Source: Thermoplasmatota archaeon
GTDB lineage: Archaea; Thermoplasmatota; Poseidoniia; Poseidoniales; Thalassarchaeaceae
Length of the DNA: 51,295 bases
Direction of reading: 5' to 3'
Assembly: GCA_036251765.1 (NCBI GenBank)
Contig: JAZANL010000021.1
Span: forward strand, 1 to 51,295
Of the stretch, positions 49,001-51,295 are shown in pieces. How positions within the stretch are numbered: position 1 is the first letter of the stretch; every line of letters begins with the position of its first letter. A program made the position numbers and the translations under genes. The notes below the pieces were generated by a model. That model saw only the letters and a program-made list of their open reading frames with translations, ran no database searches and was not told the DNA's origin.

Positions 49001-50838
49001 AGGGACTATTCACAGTCCCCGCTGGTACCGAGAGTCTGGGTTCTGAACCAAACACATTCGCCCTATTCACTCTCTCAGTGAGAAATATCGGAAACGGACC
49101 AACCGAATACAGCATTTCCTGCGAAACAACAGACCGTTGGATAGTCCATGTAGGGAGTAGTCAAACTTCTGAAATTACAATCGGTCCACTTAGCAGGCTT
49201 CAGTTCGTACCTGTGCAGATTCGGGTCAAAGTTCCACCAGCCTCGTCTGGCCTATCTGCAGGAGATACCAACCAAGTGACATGTGTCACTACTTCTGTTA
49301 ACGACCCAACCCTGTTCACAATCGAGACAGCTATGGTTGAAGTTCTAGAAAGCACGGAGTTCACCACTCAGATTTCAGACTCTAACGGAATCGAGTTTGG
49401 TCCTGCAGCCATATCTGAATCACGAGCAGTTCTGAACGGCGAAACGGTGACCACGATCTTATCGATCTCGAATAGGGGCAACATTCCTCTCGATTTCCAG
49501 GTTCGAGCCCTTTCCTCAAGTAATTCATGGCCGATACAGGTATACCTCTTCAACGAAGAACCACCTTCTGGAGAAGAAACAAACGTCGAGTTAGAAGTGG
49601 ACCCAGGTGATGAATCAATGGTGATGATTCGCACCATAGTGCCTCTCCCAGCAGAGAAGGGAGATAGGAACACCATAACCATCAAGACAACATTGGGAGA
49701 AACCACAATCACGAATGCAACGGTGTTAGAAGTAAAGGAAATTACCACTCTGGACGTACAGAGCGAAGAAGGATTCTCAATCGCACTAGGACGTGACGGG
49801 AACTCCAATATTTTCCTACACAATTCTGGAAACGTGCCGCTACTAATCGACCTTACAATGGGCACGCTCCCTGATGGGTGGTCTGGCGGATTCTTGACCG
49901 GAAAAACATTCTCAATGGACATGAATAGGGACTCTATGATCACAATCGCCCTACAGCTGCCCAGTGGGACTCCGGTAGGAACACTGTCTGAGAAGGTTCC
50001 AGTAATCATCGAATCAACATCTCCGAGCCTATCCAAGGAAACAATAACGGTCGAGATTGAGGTCACGGTTCTGCCATCTGTGTGGATCGACGTCCAGTCT
50101 GAATCTGTGAACTTCCAAGGGATTGCCGAAGGTAAAGAGTCGCAGTTCACTATGGAAGTTCATAATCTAGGAAATTCTCCTTCTGGAGTGTGGCTAGATT
50201 ACGATGGCTTGGATGGATGGACGATATCATTCACCCCCTCTGCAATAGAAGAACTAAGTCCAGGTGAGAAAGCAGAAATTACGGTAACACTCAAGCCTAG
50301 AAAATCTGCAGAAGACGGCCTCAACCAACTCCAAATCTATGCAAACTCAACATCTGAGGCTGGACAAGTTACAGTTACCGAGTCTGCATTGACTATCGAT
50401 GTCAGCAAGGCGAAGTCAGCCAACAGCGGTGGTATCTCTGGGATTTTCGAAGCATTGGGCCTTCCTGCGTGGACAATCTCAGTAGTCTTTTTCGCCGCTC
50501 TTGCCGGCATCGTCTCATATGGCATTAGGGCGAGAAAAGAGTTCCAGCCAGTTGGCTCCGAAGAGCAATTGATTCCAAGGGGTTCGGCTCTCCAAGCTGG
50601 AACTAAGGAAGAGAGGAGGGCTGCAGCACTGGACACATCAACCACTGGTGATGTGGTGACCGGAGAGGTCTCAAAAAATGAAATTCAAGATGCATTACAG
50701 TCTACAGTACCCACCCTGCCCACTCATCAAGTTCCGGAGGGGGCACTGCCACTACCACTGACGGGACTTCCCGATGGATGGACTATGGAACAATGGGTGG
50801 CATACGGGCACCTCTGGTGGGAGCAGAACGGTCCTTAA
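46072..50838 (+). CDS. Large cell-surface S8 peptidase (KP-43-like) with PPC, CARDB and tandem Ig-like domains, TM and Trp-rich tail
   Basis: Signal peptide and prodomain; ISDTG, HGTHV, GSSMATP; DGRIKPDLVAPG; NNLDLVV...NNLERV; VDELNDEN; N-x-GN repeats; TM; C-terminal GLPDGWTMEQW. Confidence 0.9.
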   Translation: MTTTKAVCSVIALFFFSTFANSFSLEQEIEEDSLHYASDLPVDEKWLMFQNPIPSHYPISESSGKIHSPFGISDPLVEGLPLGPWQTIGINRPYDDRLHVVQSTTPDLSELQNELLSIGIEIIDHVPDDSVVISLSEDDSGAEISRVQNLSKVRWAGPMPSAWKVSNSLLEFMQFEDLLLDLDVTPSPTNSLEDHIDLNRMINSLTGTMHESSHCDSHLCQIKSAKPSLIISLASDHRVSRVESGPSLSIQNSNASIISGADFARSISGLNLSGSGEVIGISDTGLDSDHGDFEGRLRSPVFNLFGPDNSGADSNSGHGTHVTSTLLGDGSGDPNSTGIVPQATFHFYQLEVDSSGILARWGSLYEMFEHSLINDAYIHTNSWGSESLVGDYTSDSRSVDWFSNDYPEFLVIFSAGDMGVSGVTSPSTAKNALSVGASTTGAFGSEQIGQIYNDSSSGPTSDGRIKPDLVAPGVMICSARAQEADFATGGNCSNSLHPDGSTPLYMTMSGSSMATPVVAGASAMAREFLREEVGIGAPRSDLIRALLVNGADDIGVPDVPNPSEGWGQLNISNSLFPRSNGVNQSVFYDQERQLMPGHSFIYTFEVSGGSGIDVTLAWNDLEGSASADQNASRLVNNLDLVVTSPTGEVYNGNNFANGISQAAGANDQLNNLERVRLPSAQSGTWSIQVGHAGGFVQDFSLVLSADAEERQEADLTVVPNSIFTSETSPLKGDTISVQLSWINQAASPTGTYSISLQDTTDGTDIGTYSMPSLVGGGIETFSIYHSFSTTGSHIVRLTLDYFSEVDELNDENSGTNNNVYELELDVTEIGVRITPLLADGSHPSDFQELESAKSQNIDPSLVSWAVFQLELLNEGTSEITVELSTSAVQVIDESGIMNTPQDEWSRSLSETGPWVLSPFGEEGDRVVISLNLTDEDADLESRFALPGLFVTDVTLRDKMSPTIFHSIRLSVDIDRVEGLFTVPAGTESLGSEPNTFALFTLSVRNIGNGPTEYSISCETTDRWIVHVGSSQTSEITIGPLSRLQFVPVQIRVKVPPASSGLSAGDTNQVTCVTTSVNDPTLFTIETAMVEVLESTEFTTQISDSNGIEFGPAAISESRAVLNGETVTTILSISNRGNIPLDFQVRALSSSNSWPIQVYLFNEEPPSGEETNVELEVDPGDESMVMIRTIVPLPAEKGDRNTITIKTTLGETTITNATVLEVKEITTLDVQSEEGFSIALGRDGNSNIFLHNSGNVPLLIDLTMGTLPDGWSGGFLTGKTFSMDMNRDSMITIALQLPSGTPVGTLSEKVPVIIESTSPSLSKETITVEIEVTVLPSVWIDVQSESVNFQGIAEGKESQFTMEVHNLGNSPSGVWLDYDGLDGWTISFTPSAIEELSPGEKAEITVTLKPRKSAEDGLNQLQIYANSTSEAGQVTVTESALTIDVSKAKSANSGGISGIFEALGLPAWTISVVFFAALAGIVSYGIRARKEFQPVGSEEQLIPRGSALQAGTKEERRAAALDTSTTGDVVTGEVSKNEIQDALQSTVPTLPTHQVPEGALPLPLTGLPDGWTMEQWVAYGHLWWEQNGP

Positions 50839-50877
50839 GGCGGTTCATTTTTCCGTACCATCCCACGCCCTCGACTC

Positions 50878-51295
50878 ATGACGGGTTCAATCGTGTTATT
50901 CGGACCGCCCGGTGCCGGCAAAGGGACTCAGGCAGAAATTATCGTAGAGATGACTGGAAAACCACAGATTTCTACAGGGGACATGCTTCGGTCTGCAGTC
51001 TCCCTTGGGACAGAACTTGGCTTGGAAGCGAAGGGTTACATGGAAGCTGGGAAACTCGTTCCGGACGAGGTTATAATCGGATTGATCGAAGATAGATTAG
51101 GTCGATCAGACGCATCAAATGGTGTCTTATTCGATGGTTTCCCGAGAACAATTCCTCAAGCCGAAGCCCTCTCTGAGATTACCGAGGTTTCAGCTGTGAT
51201 ATCCATTGAAGTCCCGGATGAAGAAATTGTAAACAGAATCGTAGGAAGGAGGATGGATCCTGAGACGGGTGAGATATACCATGTTTCATTCAAAC
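50878..51295 (+). CDS. adk: Adenylate kinase (bacterial type), truncated by the right edge
   Basis: Manual translation: [19 protein letters not shown]...ISTGDMLR...LVPDE...FDGFPRT...[13 protein letters not shown]. Confidence 0.93.
   Translation, partial: MTGSIVLFGPPGAGKGTQAEIIVEMTGKPQISTGDMLRSAVSLGTELGLEAKGYMEAGKLVPDEVIIGLIEDRLGRSDASNGVLFDGFPRTIPQAEALSEITEVSAVISIEVPDEEIVNRIVGRRMDPETGEIYHVSFK

Noticed and set aside
3478-50645. Numerous long antisense ORFs in the ORF track (e.g. 9694-10287, 11026-11670, 26286-26885, 43381-44055, 49368-50150)
   Set aside because: Ser/Pro/Ile-rich mirror frames of acidic genes with no recognisable motifs.

Overview
Gene-dense archaeal chromosomal segment with about 28 CDS. 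I found no tRNA/rRNA genes, CRISPR array or mobile element. Archaeal markers (CarS, AglB/STT3, ArcS, uS15, archaeal GluRS/PheT/type II GAPDH, UPF0201) occur with bacterial-type Adk, DnaJ and a YycJ-like hydrolase, plus many large acidic secreted proteins. By inference this fits Marine Group II Euryarchaeota (Ca. Poseidoniales). The left half (3.4-28.3 kb) is a cell-surface block. It holds a ~3320-aa oligosaccharyltransferase with an extra N-terminal membrane domain and a huge re-anchored ectodomain, a membrane-tethered subtilase with no visible propeptide, a sequon-rich beta-helix/Ig surface protein, an HTH-STAND-TPR (NLR-architecture) protein and a ~1900-aa Ca-binding repeat protein. The right half is mostly housekeeping with several oddities. 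pheT appears to start at a non-canonical ATT behind a GAGGTGA Shine-Dalgarno, there is a degenerate DHH remnant after rps15 and a degenerate GXGXG/FMN glutamate-synthase-like fusion, membrane proteins carry Trp-rich or Zn-ribbon cytoplasmic tail modules, and a GGTTNA motif recurs upstream of genes. All calls come from motif recognition by eye; no database searches were run.
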